Part shown: positions 1-14,425 of the stretch, one piece after another
Layout of the letters: the number at the start of each line of letters is the position of its first letter
Position numbering within the stretch: position 1 is the stretch's first letter
From: Felis catus
Lineage: Eukaryota
Reading direction: 5' to 3'
Length of the DNA: 64,000 bases
Assembly (NCBI RefSeq): GCF_018350175.1
Contig: NC_058368.1
Span: 86,616,001 to 86,680,000, forward strand
Translations under genes and position numbers: made by a program
Notes under the pieces: generated by a model
Databases searched by the model: none
What the model was told of the DNA's origin: nothing
Seen by the model: only the letters and a program-made list of their open reading frames with translations

Positions 1-112
1 AAAAGAATGAAATCTTGCCATTTGCAGCTAGATGGATGGAACTAGAGGGTATTAAGCTAAGCAAAATTAGTCAGTCAGAGAAAGACAAATATCATGACTT
101 CACTCATCTGAG
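1..112 (+). mobile_element. LINE-1 fragment (ORF2 C-terminus / start of 3'UTR), cut by window edge and abruptly ended on its 3' side
   Basis: aaaagaatgaaatcttgccatttgca...tggatggaactagagggtatt...agtcagtcagagaaagacaaatatcat is the L1 ORF2-end motif; it resembles the reverse complement of 14660-14780. Confidence 0.85.
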
Positions 113-1011
113 TGAAGAAATACTTTTCCTGCACTTCAAATATTTTCGATCATTTTGTTTTCATTGTTATTTTCTCACATATTTTTAAGTTCTCTGTGAT
201 TTTTTTGGTGATCCCTTCATTGTTTAGTTTAGTATCATGTTATTTAGTATCCATGTACTTCTGTTTTTTTTTTTTTTTCCAGGTTTTGTCTTGTAATTGA
301 TTTCTAGTTTTTACCTTTTTGGTCAAAATGATGCTGGGTATCATTTCAATCTTCTTAAATTCATTGAGACTTATTTTGTTGTCTAATATGTGATCTATTT
401 CTCAGAATTTTGCATGTACACTTGAAAGGAATGTGTATTTTGCTGTTTTGGGATCAAATGTTCTGTACCTATATTTTAGGTCCATTTACTCTAATGTGAT
501 GTTCAGAAACACTGTTTCATTACTTTTGTTTGGATTATCTATCCACTTATGGAAGTGGGACATTAATATTCCAACACATTTTATACTACTGTTAATTTAT
601 CTCTTTATGTCTGTTTTATTTGATTTATGTATTAGGTGTTCTGATGTGTTGCCTAGATTTTTAGAGTTGTTATATCCTCTGGTTGGATTGATCCCTTTTT
701 CATTATGTAGTGCCCAGATTTTTCTTTGGCTACACTCTTTGTTTTAAAGTCCATTTTTTCTGATACAACTATGGCTACTGCATCTTTCTTTGTTAATCTG
801 TTCAGTCACCTTAAACCTACTGAATGAAGATTTTTTTCCATTTACACAAAAAGTAATTATTTATGGATGTGTGCTTATTCTCATTTTGTTGTTGTCTTGT
901 TGTTTTTGTCGTGCTTCTCTATTCCTTGTTTTCTCTCATTCTCTTCCCCTGTGGTTTATATAGTTTTCTGTCTTTAATATAATGCTTGGATTCCTTTCCA
1001 TTCATTTATTT

Positions 1012-1052
<41 letters not shown>

Positions 1053-1915
1053 CTATTATAGACTTTTGCTGTGTGGTTATCATTTGGTTCAAATATAACA
1101 TTTTATGGGTATGGAAGTCTTTATTAAATTGATAGTTGCTTAAATTGAAACACATTGTAAATGCAGCAAATTTGTAATGCCCTCTTCATGTATTAGGCAT
1201 GTGATGTCATATTTGACATACTTTTATTTTGTGTATCTCTACTAATTTTTATAAACATAATTTATCTTCTTTGTATTTTAACCTTCACATTAGCTTTATA
1301 AATTACTGATTTATTATCTTAATTGTGCATTTTGTCCTGTGATTTTTTTTTTTACCTTTTATAATTTTCAAATTCCCAAAGACTTTCCTTTAATATTTCT
1401 CACAAGAATGGTTTAGCAGTGATGAACTTCTTTGACGTATATTTCCCTAGGTAATGCTTTACTTCTCTTTCCATTCTGATGATAATTTTGCTGGACAGAG
1501 TATTTTTATTTCCAGTATTTTTCCCCAGTACCTTGAGTATATCCTGTTACTCTCTCTTGGCCCACAGATTTCTGCTGGTTAATAAGATGATATAGCCTTA
1601 TTGAATTTCCCCAATATATAACTTTTTTTTTCTTGGTGGTTTTATAAATATCTGTTTTAATTATTATTTCCCATTTTAATGATGATGTCTCTTCTGTATA
1701 CCTCTGTGGGTTCATCTTGTAGTAGCTCTCTGTGTTTCTTTGATCTGGATGTCTGTTACCTTCTCCAGGTTAGAGATGTTTTCAGCTATTGTTTCTTCAA
1801 CTGAAAGTTTTCTGCCCCCTTCTTTCTCACTTATTCAGGGATTCCTATAATAAAATATGATTACACTTGATAATGTTGCTGAATAATCTTAAATTATTCT
1901 CAATTTATATTATTA
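113..1915 (-). mobile_element. Old decayed LINE-1 (endonuclease region, inter-ORF spacer, ORF1 3' part)
   Basis: Antisense L1 motifs such as tgtgatctatt...gaatgtgtattttgctgttttggg and gatctggatgtctgttaccttctccaggttagag...ttcagctatt. Confidence 0.8.
1013..1050. repeat. (TG)n microsatellite
   Basis: Pure gt run of about 19 units. Confidence 0.95.
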
Positions 1916-4900
1916 GTTTTTTAAGTTTTTAGTTAAATTCCAGTTAGTTAACATAGAGTGTAATATTGGTTTCAAATGTACAATTTAGTGATTCATCACT
2001 TAGAAAAACATATGATGCTCATGACAAAAAGTGCTCTCCTTAATCCTCATCACCTATTGAAACCATACCCCAATATCTCCCTTTTGGTCACCCTCACTTT
2101 GTGCTCTATTTTTAAGAGTCTGTTTCATGGTTTTCTTCTCTTTCTTCCCCCTATAATTTCTTGTATCATTTCTTAAATTTCACCTATGAGTGAAATCATA
2201 TGGTATTTGTCTTTCTCTGACTGACCTATTTCACTCAGCACAATACTTTGTAGCCCCATGCACATCCTTGCAAATATCGAGATTACATTATTTTCTATGG
2301 CTGAGTAGTATTCCACTGTATATATACCACATCTTCTTTACCCATTCATCAGTCAATGGACGGTTGGGCTGTTTCCATGATTTGGTTATTGTTGATAATG
2401 TTGCTATAAACATCAGGGGGTAGGTATTCCTTCAAATCAATATCATTGTATTCTTTGGATAAATACCTAGTTGTGAAATTGCTGGATGATAGGATAGTTC
2501 TATTTTTAACTTTTTGAGGAAACTCCTTACTATTTTCCAGAATGCCTGCACCAGTTTGCATTACCAACAAAGTATAAGAGGTTTACTCTTTTTTGCACAT
2601 CCTCACCATACTTATTGTTTCCTGTGTTGTTAATTTTAGCCATTCTGACAGGTATGAAGTGATATCTCATTGTAGTTTTGATGTCAGTATTTCACTGATG
2701 ATCAGTGATGTTGAACATCTTTTAATGAATCTGTTAGCCATTTTAGGTCTTTTTTGCCAATATGTCTACTCGTGACTTCTGCCCTTTTATTAATTGGATT
2801 ATTTGTTTTTTGGGGTGTTGACTTTTACAAGTTTTTATATATTTTGGATACTAACCATTTACCAGAAACATCATTTGAAAATACCTTCTCTCACTTCTTA
2901 GATGGCTTTTTTTTTTTTTTAATTTCTTACCCTGTGCAGAAGCTTTTTGCATGGATGAAGTCTCAATTGTTCACTCTTGCTTTTGTTTACCTTGCCTCAG
3001 GAGACGTATCTAATCAGCAGTTGTTATGGCCAATATCCATGATGCTACTGCCTGTGTTCTCCTCTAGGATTTTGAAGGTTTCCTGACTCACATTAAGAAC
3101 TTTAATCTGGGGCGCCTGGGTGGTTTGGTTGGTGGAATGTCCGACTTCAGCTCAGGGCATGATCTTGTGGTTCACGGCTTTGAGCCCTGCATGGGGCTCT
3201 GTGTAGACAGCTCAGAGCCTGGAGCCTGCTTAGGATTCTATGCCTCCTTCCTTCTCTACACCACCCCCACCCCCTGCCTCACTCCTGTTCTCTCTCTCTC
3301 TCTCAAAAATAAACATTAAAAAATTAAAAAAAAAACAACTTTAATTCATTTTCAATTCATTTTTGTATATGGTGTAAGAAAGTGATCCAGGTTCATTCTT
3401 TTTCATGTTGCTATCTAGTTTTCCCAACACCATTTGTTGAAGAGATCTTTTTTTCCATTGGATTTTCTTTCCTGCTTTGTCAAAGACGAGTTGACCAAAT
3501 AATTGTGGGTTCACTTCTGGGTTTTCTGTTCTGTTCAGTTGTTCTATGTGTCTATTTTGTGATGATACCATACCGTTTTGATGACAACAGTTTTCTAATA
3601 TAACTTGAAATCTGGAATTGTGATGTCTCTGGGTTTGCTTTGCTTTGGATACTTGGGGTCTCTTTTGGCTCTCTGAAAATTTCAGGATAGTTTGTTCTAG
3701 GTTTGTGAAAAATGCTCCATGTATTTTGATTGTGGTTACATTAAATGCGTAGATTGCTTTGAAAGATCAACATTTTAACAATATTTGTTCTTCTAATACA
3801 TGAGCATGAAAGTTCTTTTCATTTTTTGTGTGTCCTCTTGAATTGCTTTCATCAGGGTAATGTAGTTTTCACAGCACAGGTCTTTCATGTCTTTGGTTAG
3901 CTATATGTCTAAATGTCTTATTGTGTTTGCGACAGTTCTAAATGGGATTGATTCTTCAATTTCTCTTATTACTGCTTCATTATAAGTGTATAGAAATGCA
4001 AAAGAATTCTGTACATTTATTTTGTATCCTATAACTTTACTGAATTTGTGTACCAATTATAGCAATCTTTTTTTTTTTTTTTTGGAGTTGTTCAGATTTT
4101 CTATATAGGGTATGATGTCTTCTGCAAATAGTGGAAGTTCTACTTCTTCCTTGCTGATTTGGATGACATTTATCTGTATATATTCTCTGATTTCTGTGGC
4201 TATGACTTCCAGTGCTATGTAAAATAACAGTAGTGAGAGTGGCATCCTTGTTTCGTCCTGACCATAAAGGGAAAAGCTCTGAAATTTTCCCTATTAAGGA
4301 TGATATTAACTGTGGATTTTTAAGAAATGACCTTTATTTTGTTGAGGTATGCTCCCTCTAAACCTACCTGTTGAGGATTTTTATCATGAATGATGTACTT
4401 CCTGAAGTGCTTTTCCTGCATCTATTCAGATAATCATATGGTTCTTATCTCTTCTTTTATTAATGTGGTGTAATATGTTAATTGATTTGCAAATATTGAA
4501 ACACACATGGAGCTTAGGCATAATTCCCACCTGAACATGGTAAATGAGTTTTTTTTTAATTCTATTGTTTGTTTTGTTCATTTTTCATTGAGAATGCTTG
4601 TATCCATGTTCATCAGGTATATTGGCCTATATTTCTCTTTTCTAGTGGAATCTTACTGGGTTTTGGTATCAGGGTAATGCTGGCTTCATAAAATTGGTTC
4701 GGAAGTTTTTCTTCCTTTCCTATTTTTTGGAATAGTTTGAAGAGAATAGGTATTAACTCTCCTTCAAATGTTTGGTAGAATTCACCTGTTAAATGATCTG
4801 GCCCTGAGCTTTTGTTACTTTGAGGGTTTTTTTGTGTGTGTGTGTTTTGTTTGTTTTATTACTACTGACTCAATTTCCTTGCTGGTTATCATTCACTTCA

Positions 4901-6705
4901 AATTTTCTAGTTTTTCCCTCTCATTTTAGTAATTTGTGTGTTTCTACGAATTTACCTTTTGTTCTTGGATGTGAAATTTTTGGCATATGGTTTTTCATAA
5001 TATGTACTTATAATTGTTCATATTTTTATAGTGTTTCCTCTTTCATTTGTGATCTTGTTTATGGGTATTCTTTCTCTTTTCCCCTTGTAAGGTCTAACTA
5101 GAGGTTTATTAATTTTATTACCATCTTTTTTCCCCAAAGAATCAGCTTTCAGTTCCAATGATCTGTTTTTATTTTTATTATTTATTTAATTATTTATTTA
5201 TTTACTTATTTATTTATTTATTTTTAGTTTCTCTATCATTTTTTTCTGCTCTAATATTTATTATTTTCTTCTTTTGCTGGCTTCAGGCCTTATTATTATT
5301 ATGATTTTTTGGTAAGTTCTTTTAGGTGTTAGTTTAGGTTATTCATTTTACAATTTGCTTACTTCTTAAGGCAGACCTGTACTGCTATATACTTCCATCT
5401 AAGGACTGATTTTGCTGCATACCAAAGTTTGTGAATCATTGTGTTTTCATTTTTATACATGCATTTTATTATTATTATTATTTCTTAGATTTTTTTTGGT
5501 TGACCCATTCATTATTTAGTAGCATGGTGTTTAACATTCTCGTGTTTGTGGTCTTTCCTATTTTTTCTTGTGGTTGACTTCTATTTTCATATTTTTCTGG
5601 TCAGAAAATCAACCTGGTATGACCTCATTAAGCTTTAATTTGTGGAGGCTTTTTTTGTGACTGAGTACATGATCTAATCTGGAGTATGTGCCATGTGGCA
5701 TTGAAAATAATGTGTATTCTGCTGTTTTAGGATGCAGTGTTTTGAACATATCTCCAAAATCCATCTGGTCCAGTGTGTCATTCAAAGTATTTTCCTGGTT
5801 GATTTTCCTTTTAGATGATGTGTCCATGGATGCAAGTGGGTTGTTAAAGTCCCTCTACTTTTATTGCATTGTTACTGATTATTTCCTTTATGTTTTTTAT
5901 TATCTGTTTTATATGTTTAGATACATCCATGTTAGGGGCATAAATATTTATAATGGTTAAATCTTCTTCTTGTGTTGTCCCCTTTATTGTGATATGTGAC
6001 CTCTTTTTTCTTTTTTTGCAGTCTGTTTCCATGTCTAGTTTTCTGAAATAAGTATTGATACTCTGGTTTTCTTTTGACATCTATTTGCATGATAAATATT
6101 TCTCCATCCCCTCCCTTTCAACATGCAGGTGTCTTTAGGTCTAAAACGAATCTCTTGTAGACACCATAGAGATGAGTTTTTTTTTTTTAATCTATTCTGG
6201 CAACCTGCCTTTTGATTGGAGCATTTAGTCGATTTAATTTTAGAGTAATTACTGATAGATATGCATATTGCCATTTTTTAACTTGTTTTGTCTTTGTTTT
6301 TTGAGATATGAACTGTTCTTTATTTTCTTTGTCACTTTTATTCTCTCCCTTTCCCTCTAGGCATCCCTTTTCATATTTTTTGCACACCTGTTTTAGTGGT
6401 CATAAACTCCATACATTTTTGTTTGTCTGGGGAATTCTTTATTTCTCCTTCTATTCTAAGTGATAGCCTTTCTGGATAGAATATTTTTGGCTGCATATTT
6501 TCCACAATTTGCACTTTGTATAAACCATGCTACTCCTTTCTGGCTTGACAAGTTTCTGTTAAGAAATATCTATTTAGCTTTATGGATCTTCCCTTGTATA
6601 TTAAGGACTTCTTGTGTCTTGCTGCTTTAAAGATTTTTTCTTTATCGGTACATTTTGCAAATGTTACTATAACATGTCTGGGTTTTGGAATGTTTGTTGT
6701 TGTAT

Positions 6706-6736
<31 letters not shown>

Positions 6737-8179
6737 TTTTATTACTTATTTTATTTTATTTTTACTGGAGTTCTCTGTGCCTCATGAATCTGGATATTTG
6801 TTTACTTCCCCAGATTAAGCAAGTTTTCTTCTCTTATTTCTTGAAATATATTTTCTTCCCTTTGTTTCTCTCTTTTCTTCTGGAACTTTTATAATAAGAA
6901 TGTTACTAAATTTGATTTAGTCAGTGAGTTCACTGAGTCTATTCTTGTGCTGCCTAATTCTTCTCTGCCTTTTCAACTTCATTATTTTCCATTATTTTGT
7001 CTTCCAGTTCTCTAATTTGTTTCTCTGCTTCTTCAAACCTGGAGTTCATTGCATCAAACTTATTTCTAATGTTGTTTATTGCTTTATTCATCTCTTATTG
7101 GTTTATTTTTTAAATATTTAGTCTCAGTGTTAAGGGTCCATTGATGTCTCTTATACTTCTGTCAAGTCCACTTTGCACCCTTATGATTTTTGCTTTAAGT
7201 CCTCTGTCAGGCATGTTACTTACATCTGTGCTGCTTAGATCTCTGGCTGTGGTTTTATCTTGTTCAATCATTTGTGATAAATTCCTACATCCTTGAACTT
7301 TGTCTATGGCTCTACCTTCTTCTCTTTGTTAGAAAAGATAGTTATGTCTCCTGCTCCTGAATGTAATGGGCTCATGAAAAAGATGTTGTGTATGCCCAGG
7401 GCTTGGTGCTTCAAGAGGTGTCTTCTTTGTGTGCTATGTGTGCTATGCTCTTGTGTTTCGTCTACTTTATTCTTCAGGCCAGTTGTATTCAGATGCTCTT
7501 TTTGCCTGTTGTGGGCAGTGTTTCATCTTTGGCCTGAATATCATAGTTTTACCTAGGTGTGCTCTGATTTGTTTGTGAAATGAGACCCGACAACAACTCC
7601 ACCAGAAATGAGGCACTGCAGAACTCTCTGGTCTGGACACATGGTATGGGCAGAGGTTTATGCTAGTCTTTTGGGGTAGGAACCCATGATAATGGAACTA
7701 TAGCAAGCTTGACTGGGGGGAGTATTCCTGCTAGAGTGCAGAGGTGTGGGACTTGGGGTAAGCCAGTTAGGTAGCCGATATTGGTGCTTTGTTGCTTCCT
7801 ACCGTTGGCTCTGTGCTCATGCTGATTGCCAGGGCGGGGTAAAGGCACAAGTCAGCTCCTATGTTCATTACAACTGTCTCTGTGAATGCTGCCTCTCAGA
7901 TACCCACTCTGAAAAGGGTGAATAATCCCCCTGGTCCATATGTCACAGCATTTCTTTAATTTGCTGTTTCCAGGCTGCCTGCTTCCCAGTTGTTTGCCTG
8001 CCTTCTCTCCAAGAGCAGGACTTTGCCTTCCAGGCTCTGTACAAGCCAAGCCCAATGACTTTTAAAACTCCTTGCTTTTAGCATTGTTGCTTGCAAGAAC
8101 TCAGGAAATTCCACCCTTCTAATTTTCTAAGCCAATGACTTTGGGAAAATCTTCTCTTAGTGTATTCCCCTGTATACTC

Positions 8180-8210
<31 letters not shown>

Positions 8211-8452
8211 GTCCTTCTCTGTGAACACAGCTCCCCTTTGCATCACCCATGATTTTTTTTCTCCCCTCAACCATATCTCTGCACTCCCTACCATTTTAGC
8301 GTGGTGTCTTCTCCCCTTTCAGTTGTGGAGTCATTATTTCAGTGTTCAGGGGGATTTCTGGGGTATTAGGCAGATTTAATAGTTATCTACTTGTATTAAT
8401 GGGACAAGTCTAGTGTAGAGTCTTCTTACACTGCTGCTATTTTCCATTTCCC
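1916..8452 (-). mobile_element. Near full-length inactive carnivore LINE-1 (3'UTR, ORF2, ORF1, 5'UTR)
   Basis: T-rich tail plus aattccagttagttaacatag 3' end; ORF2 remnants in the track (3341-3571, 4057-4245, 5609-5827, 5844-6080); ORF1-like and 5'UTR sequence to about 8450; many stops and frameshifts. Confidence 0.9.
3109..3335 (+). mobile_element. CAN-SINE inserted in L1 ORF2
   Basis: ggggcgcctgggtgg head, (ct)n, aataaa and A tail; flanked by aagaactttaat / aacaactttaat target-site duplication (TSD). Confidence 0.93.
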
Positions 8453-10300
8453 CTATTTGTTTCTTTGAATGATCTGTTTTCCTGTTTCTTGAAATGCCTT
8501 TTGATGGTTTGTTAAATAATTGGCATTTACAAAAACAGCCTCCTCTTCAAAAAATTACTGTCAAAGAAGCGTATGTTCTGAGCCTTGGTATCAGGCGAGG
8601 CAATAGGTTTAAGATATCCTCAGATTTTCTTCTCAGCACATTTCCTCCCCGGCACTGTGATTTCCATCCCCCTCCCCTAATTGTCCCTACATACACAGTT
8701 ATTTTAAAATAGTGTTTAGAGATTCATACCCCAGTATCTTCTTGGGTGCCAGATATTTTATTGTATTCCTCTCTCCATAATTTCTTGGTCCTACTATCTT
8801 CAAATGCATAGCACCATGCATATCTCATGCATATCATGGTAGCAGCGTTTGTTTTCTTCAGATTTTGCCAGACCGAAATCATAGCTATGTCATGTTTGCT
8901 TGTCTGGTCTCTGACTCAGTGGAGACAGAAAAGAGTACCTAAGACATCCTTCAGACTGTTTATAATGTTTCCAATAAGTTATGCTCTGCTCCATCTAGCC
9001 ATAGGGTAAGATTAAGGATTTTTGGCATTCCTCCCCACTATATTATTCCTAGCAGCACTAGGGAAGTGATGAGACAAATATGAATAAAAACCCTACAAAC
9101 TTTCCTACCATTTCAATGTGACTTTTTCCTGACTGGGTGAGTATTCAGTTTTTTGGTGGAGTACTTTGACTGCTTATAAAATTGTTTTAGTATGTTACTA
9201 CTACTTTAAAAATATTTATGGGAGAATTAAAGACTAGAGCCTGAAGAGGTTGATTTAGATACAAAACCTAGGACAGATTTGGTTTGAAGGTTTGTGTGTC
9301 ATGATTTATTTGTGTGTGTGGATATTAGACGTTTTGCTATTATAATGTGTAACTGGAAGTTATATGTTTACTCTTCTGCAAATATAGCTATTTTTACGTT
9401 TCTAAAGGCTCTAGAAATTTGTTTAGTACCAACCTAATGCATTTTGGAAATACAGTTCCTTGTTATGTTTAGTGACTTTTCCTTTAGTTCACTTTAGTTT
9501 GTGTTACGCTAGTACCTTGAAAAAGATTTATTTCATTTACAGGAACTAAAAGATTCAAACACTGAAAGAAAAAAAAAAAGAAACATACAAACAGCTCACT
9601 CAGTTTTTACATGTTGGCTTTATGCTTGGCGTACTCTTCTACACTTTGACAACATTGCACTGGGGATCAACCTTTGGAAAAGACTTGAGTCTTTTTCAGT
9701 GTTTCCTGAATTTACCTTACTGTGAGTATGCATGTGGATTTCTAAATTCTTCTGTATGCATCTCTACTTCTGAAAGTCTTAAATTACCATTGAATCTCTT
9801 TCATCTTTTTCTTATGGGCCTTTGATAACCTTTGTATACATTGACTAGCAATTTTTTTTCCTCAGGGATCTGTGGTTTATCAGTTCTTATTGTAGCATTT
9901 TTTTTTAGCAACAACCTCCATGCTCTCTGTCAGTGTTCTGAGTTATGTATATAAAACATCCTTCTTGCATCATTGTCTTTCAGGCGGGCCCCAAGACCGG
10001 TTAGAAGTGTCACAAATGCAATAATATGTGTTAGGTCTACTCTGTTCCCTCTATAACCAGGAACATAAGTTTCATAATAGGAATATGGCATGTCACTACA
10101 TTTAGACTGTTGCTGCTTTAAGATTTTATTGCGATAACACTACCAAACCTATTGAGAGGCAGATAAAAAATGTTGAAAACATGGTCTTACTGTTTCCAAG
10201 TCACTATTTTTTGTTTGTCTGTTTCAACACTCTTTATTCTTTTGTAAAATTCTGTTTTCCAGATTCTGGTAACATTGGATCTGAACGTTTTTGCTTAATT
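8453..10300 (-). mobile_element. Probable ancient L1M ORF1-start/5' region remnants
   Basis: Weak resemblance to ancient L1 5' antisense motifs (tggcatttacaaaaacagcc; ttccagattctggtaacattggatctga); heavily decayed. Confidence 0.4.
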
Positions 10301-10407
10301 TTAATATTATGTGGGAAATGAACACTTGACAATGTTTACTCTTACTATGTATCAGATCACTTCCTATTCTAATAGGGATTGCTTTGTCACCTTAAAAAAT
10401 GATTCTA

Positions 10408-10429
10408 AACTTTCTCTTTCTTTCTTTCT

Positions 10430-10478
<49 letters not shown>

Positions 10479-10668
10479 TTCATTCTCTTTAGAGAAAGAG
10501 AGTGTGTGACTGGGGAAGGACAAGGGGAGAGGGAGTAGGAGAATCTTGAGCAGACTCCATGCACAGCACAGACCCTGACACAAAGCTCAATATCATGACC
10601 ACGAGATTGTGATCCGAGCCAAAAATCAAAAGTCAGGTACTTAACCCACTGAACCACCCAGGAACCCC
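10408..10668 (-). mobile_element. CAN-SINE with tail expanded to (TTTC)n
   Basis: ttaacccactgaaccacccaggaacccc head (reverse strand); GA-rich region; (tttc)n at 10410-10480. Confidence 0.9.
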
Positions 10669-11124
10669 TACATTTTCTTTTTATAACTTACTAATGATTA
10701 CTCACCCTAAAAATGGATTTTGTAGATTCTAAGTTCTTTACAATGATAATACTTTTAGTTTTTCTTATGCTAATATAGTGAATAAAAAGACTTTCTAAAA
10801 CTAAACATTGCATTTTGAATTTAACAAATGTGTGTTTTTTTAATTTATATTTCTTTGGTAGATTTGTGTCTGTGTAATGAATATGCTGGCCTGTAAATTT
10901 ACCTTTCCTATTTCTATTGATCTTGTTAAAATGCGCTAATCCGTGAATTTGTTTCAAAGGCTAAATTTTTGTTCTATAATTCAGAATGACTTGTGTAAGG
11001 ATACAGGAATTTTCCATTCACATATTTAGTAAAATATACTGAAGAAATTGTATGTGCTCAGAAATATTATAAAACATACACAAAGAGGAAATTTTATTTT
11101 ATCTATCATACTTCCATTGAACTT

Positions 11125-12360
11125 TTATTTTTTTGCTTTTTAAGTTTTTATTTTAATTCCATTAGTTAACATACAATGTTATATTAGTTGCAGGTGTAAA
11201 ATATAGTGATTCAGCAAATCTATACATTACTGAGTCTTCATTACAGTAAGTGTATTCTTACACCCCTTCACATATTTCACCACTCCCATACCCACCTGCC
11301 CTGGTAACATTCAATTTGGTATATATATTTATGCTTCCTTTTCTTTGTTTTGTCTCCATTTTGTCTTTGTGCATTTGTTTAGTTTCTTATATTCCATATA
11401 GAAGAGAAATCTTATGATATTTGCCTTTCTCTGACTCATTTTACTTACATAATGCACTATAGACCCATCCATGTTTTTGAAATGGCAAGATTTTATTATT
11501 TTTATGGTTGAATTGTGTGACTACACAACATCTACTTTAGCTATCCATCTATCAATGGACCCAAGTTGCTTCCATAACTTAGCTACTGTAAATAATGATG
11601 AAATAAGAATACATAGGTCTTTTTAAATTGTGTTTGCATATTCTTTAGGTAAATGCCCAGTGGAACTATCGGATCATATGGTAATTCTATTTTTAACTTT
11701 TTGAATGCACTCCATACTTTTGTCCATAGTGCCTGCACCAATTTGCATTCACACCAAAAGTGCATGAGTGTTCTTTTTTCTCCACATCCTTGCCAACACT
11801 TGTTCATTCTTGTGCTTTTCAAGTTAGACATTCTGACCTCTGTAAGGTGAACTCTTTGTGCTATTGATTTCATTTCCCTGATAATGAGGGGTCTTGAGCA
11901 TCTTTTCATGTATCAGTTGACCATTTCTAAATCTTCCTTGGAGGAATTGCTATTCATGTGTTCTGCCCATGTGTTCTGTTTCTAATTGGATTATTTGTCT
12001 TTCTGGTGTTGATTTGTATTAGTTCTTCATACATTTTGAATACTCACACTTTATCAGATGTATCATTTACAAATATCTCCTCCCAATCAGTAGGTTGTTT
12101 TTATTTCTGTTGATCGTGTCAAATTCTGTGCTAAAGTTGTTCTCGTCGTTGTTGTTGTTATCACAATACTTTTCTTTTTTCTTTCCCTTGACTCAGGAGA
12201 CAAATCAGGAAAGATATTGCTATGACTGATGTAGGGAAATTACCACCTTTGCCATTGTTTAGAATTTTTATGGTTTCAGGTTTCACATTTAGTTATTTAA
12301 TTCACCTTGAATTTACTTTTTAGTATGATGTAAGGAAGTGGTCAAGTTTTCTTTGTTTTG

Positions 12361-12391
<31 letters not shown>

Positions 12392-13385
12392 CTGGCATAT
12401 GTCCAGTGTCTTTAAACACTATTTCTTGAAGATACTATATTTTTCTATTGGATATTCACTTCTCTTTATTGAAGATTAATGGACCATACAATCTTGGGTG
12501 CACTTGTGGGTTCTATTTTGTTCTGTTGATTTTTGTATCTATTTTAGTACCAGAATCATACTATTTTCATTACTATAGCTTTGTAGTATATCTTGAAATC
12601 TGAGGTTGTGATATCTCCAATTCTGTTATTTTTTTTTTCAAGATTGTTTTGGCTATTTAAGATACTTTGTGGATCCATACACGTTTCAGGGTTATTTGTT
12701 CTAGGACTGTGGAAAATATTGTTTGTATTGTGATAGGAAACACAATAAATCTGTAGTTTGCATTAAGTAGTACAGATATTTTAATAATGTGTCTTCCTCC
12801 AACCCATGAGCATGGAATATCTTACTATTCCTTTGTGTCATCTTCAATTTATCCATCAATGTTTTATTGTTATCACATACAATCATTTCACCTCCTTGGA
12901 TAGGTTTCACTCCTAGGTATTACAATATTTTTGTTGCAATTGTAAATGGGATTGTTATCTTTCTACTACTACAATATTAGCTTATAGAAATACAACATAT
13001 TTATGTATGTTGATTTTATATCTGGTGATTTTGCTAACTTTATTTATCAATCTAGCAGTCTTCTAGTGGAGTCTTACCACCATACCTTTTAGTATGATGC
13101 TACCTCTCAGTTTTTCATACATTACCTTTACTCTACTGATGTATGTTCCCTCTAAACCTCTTCTGTTGAGAGTTTTCATCATGAATACATGCTTTACTTT
13201 GTTAAATGATTTTTTCTGCATCTACTGAACTAATCATATGGTTTCTATCCTTAAATTTTGACATCATGTTGTGTGTTGATTGATGTGTGAATATTGAAAT
13301 ACACTTGCATCTCAGGGGAAAAAATCCCAATTGACTATCGTGAATGATTTTTTGATATATTATTGGATTCAGTTTCATAATATTT
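11125..13385 (-). mobile_element. LINE-1 3'UTR plus ORF2 3' half, with an internal deletion near 13075
   Basis: T tail plus ttttaattccattagttaacatacaatg; ORF2 remnants 11583-11909 (...[11 protein letters not shown]) and 12701-12910; (ttttg)n at about 12352-12390. Confidence 0.88.
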
Positions 13386-14204
13386 TATTTTTTTCCTTCA
13401 AATTTTATCTGAATTCCAGTTAGTTAACAGAGTGTAATATTAGTTTCAGGTATAGAACTTAGTAATTCAATACCTGGTGCTCATCACAAGTGCCCTCCTT
13501 AATCGCCATCACCTATGTAACCTATCTTCCACCTGCCTCCCATCTGGTAAGAGTTTGTTCAATATAGTTAAGAGTCTATTTCTTGGTTTTCTATTCTTTC
13601 CCTCTCCCACTATGTTCACTTGTTTCTTTAATTCCACATATGAGTGAAATCATAGGGTATTTGTCTTCTTGTGCCTGGCTTATTTCACGTAGAATAATCT
13701 TCTCTAGCTCCATCCACATCATTGAAAATGGCAAAATTTCATTCTTTTTCATGGCTGGGTATATACCACATCTTTATCCCTTCATCAATCAATGGACAGT
13801 TGGTCTGTTTCCATAACTTGGGTATTGTTGGTAATGCTTCTATAAGCAATCAGGGTGCATGTGTCCCTCTGAGTTATTGTTTTTGTATCTTTTAGGTAAA
13901 TACTTAGTCCCACGAATGCTGGAGTATAGGGTAGTTCTAGTATTAACCCTTTGTTTTCCAGAGTGGCTGCACCAATTTGTAATCCCATCAGCAGTGTGAG
14001 AGTGTTCATTTTACCCTCACCCTCAGAAACACCTGTTGTTTTTGCGCTGTTAATTTTACCATTCTGACAAGTGTAAGGTGGAGTTTAATTGACGTTTTGA
14101 TTTGTATCCCCTGATGATGAGTGATGTTGAGCATCTTTCCATTTTTCTGTTGGCCATCTGTAAATCTCCTTTGGAAAAATATCTATTTAAGTCTTCTGCC
14201 CATT
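13386..14204 (-). mobile_element. LINE-1 3' end, nested
   Basis: New T tail plus gaattccagttagttaacagagtgtaatattag; 3'UTR and ORF2 end. Confidence 0.85.
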
Positions 14205-14425
14205 TCTTTTTCTTTTTTTTTTTTTCTTTTTTCTAAAATGTAGTTAGGTAACATACAGTGCGATATTGGTTTCAGGAGAATACAGTGATTCATCAATTAC
14301 ATATAACACCCAGTTCTCATCACAATTGCCATCCTTAATACCCATCACCAATCTAGCCAATCTCCAACTCACCTCTCTCCAATAACATTCAGTTTGTTTT
14401 CTTCCTCTCTTTTTTAAGTAATTTA
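14205..14425 (-). mobile_element. LINE-1 3'UTR stub, nested
   Basis: Poly-T 14205-14232 then gttaggtaacatacagtgcgatattggtttcagg. Confidence 0.8.

Noticed and set aside
10311..10657. Lys/Glu/Arg-rich or Phe/Leu/Ser-rich ORFs
   Set aside because: Translation of a (TTTC)n SINE tail.
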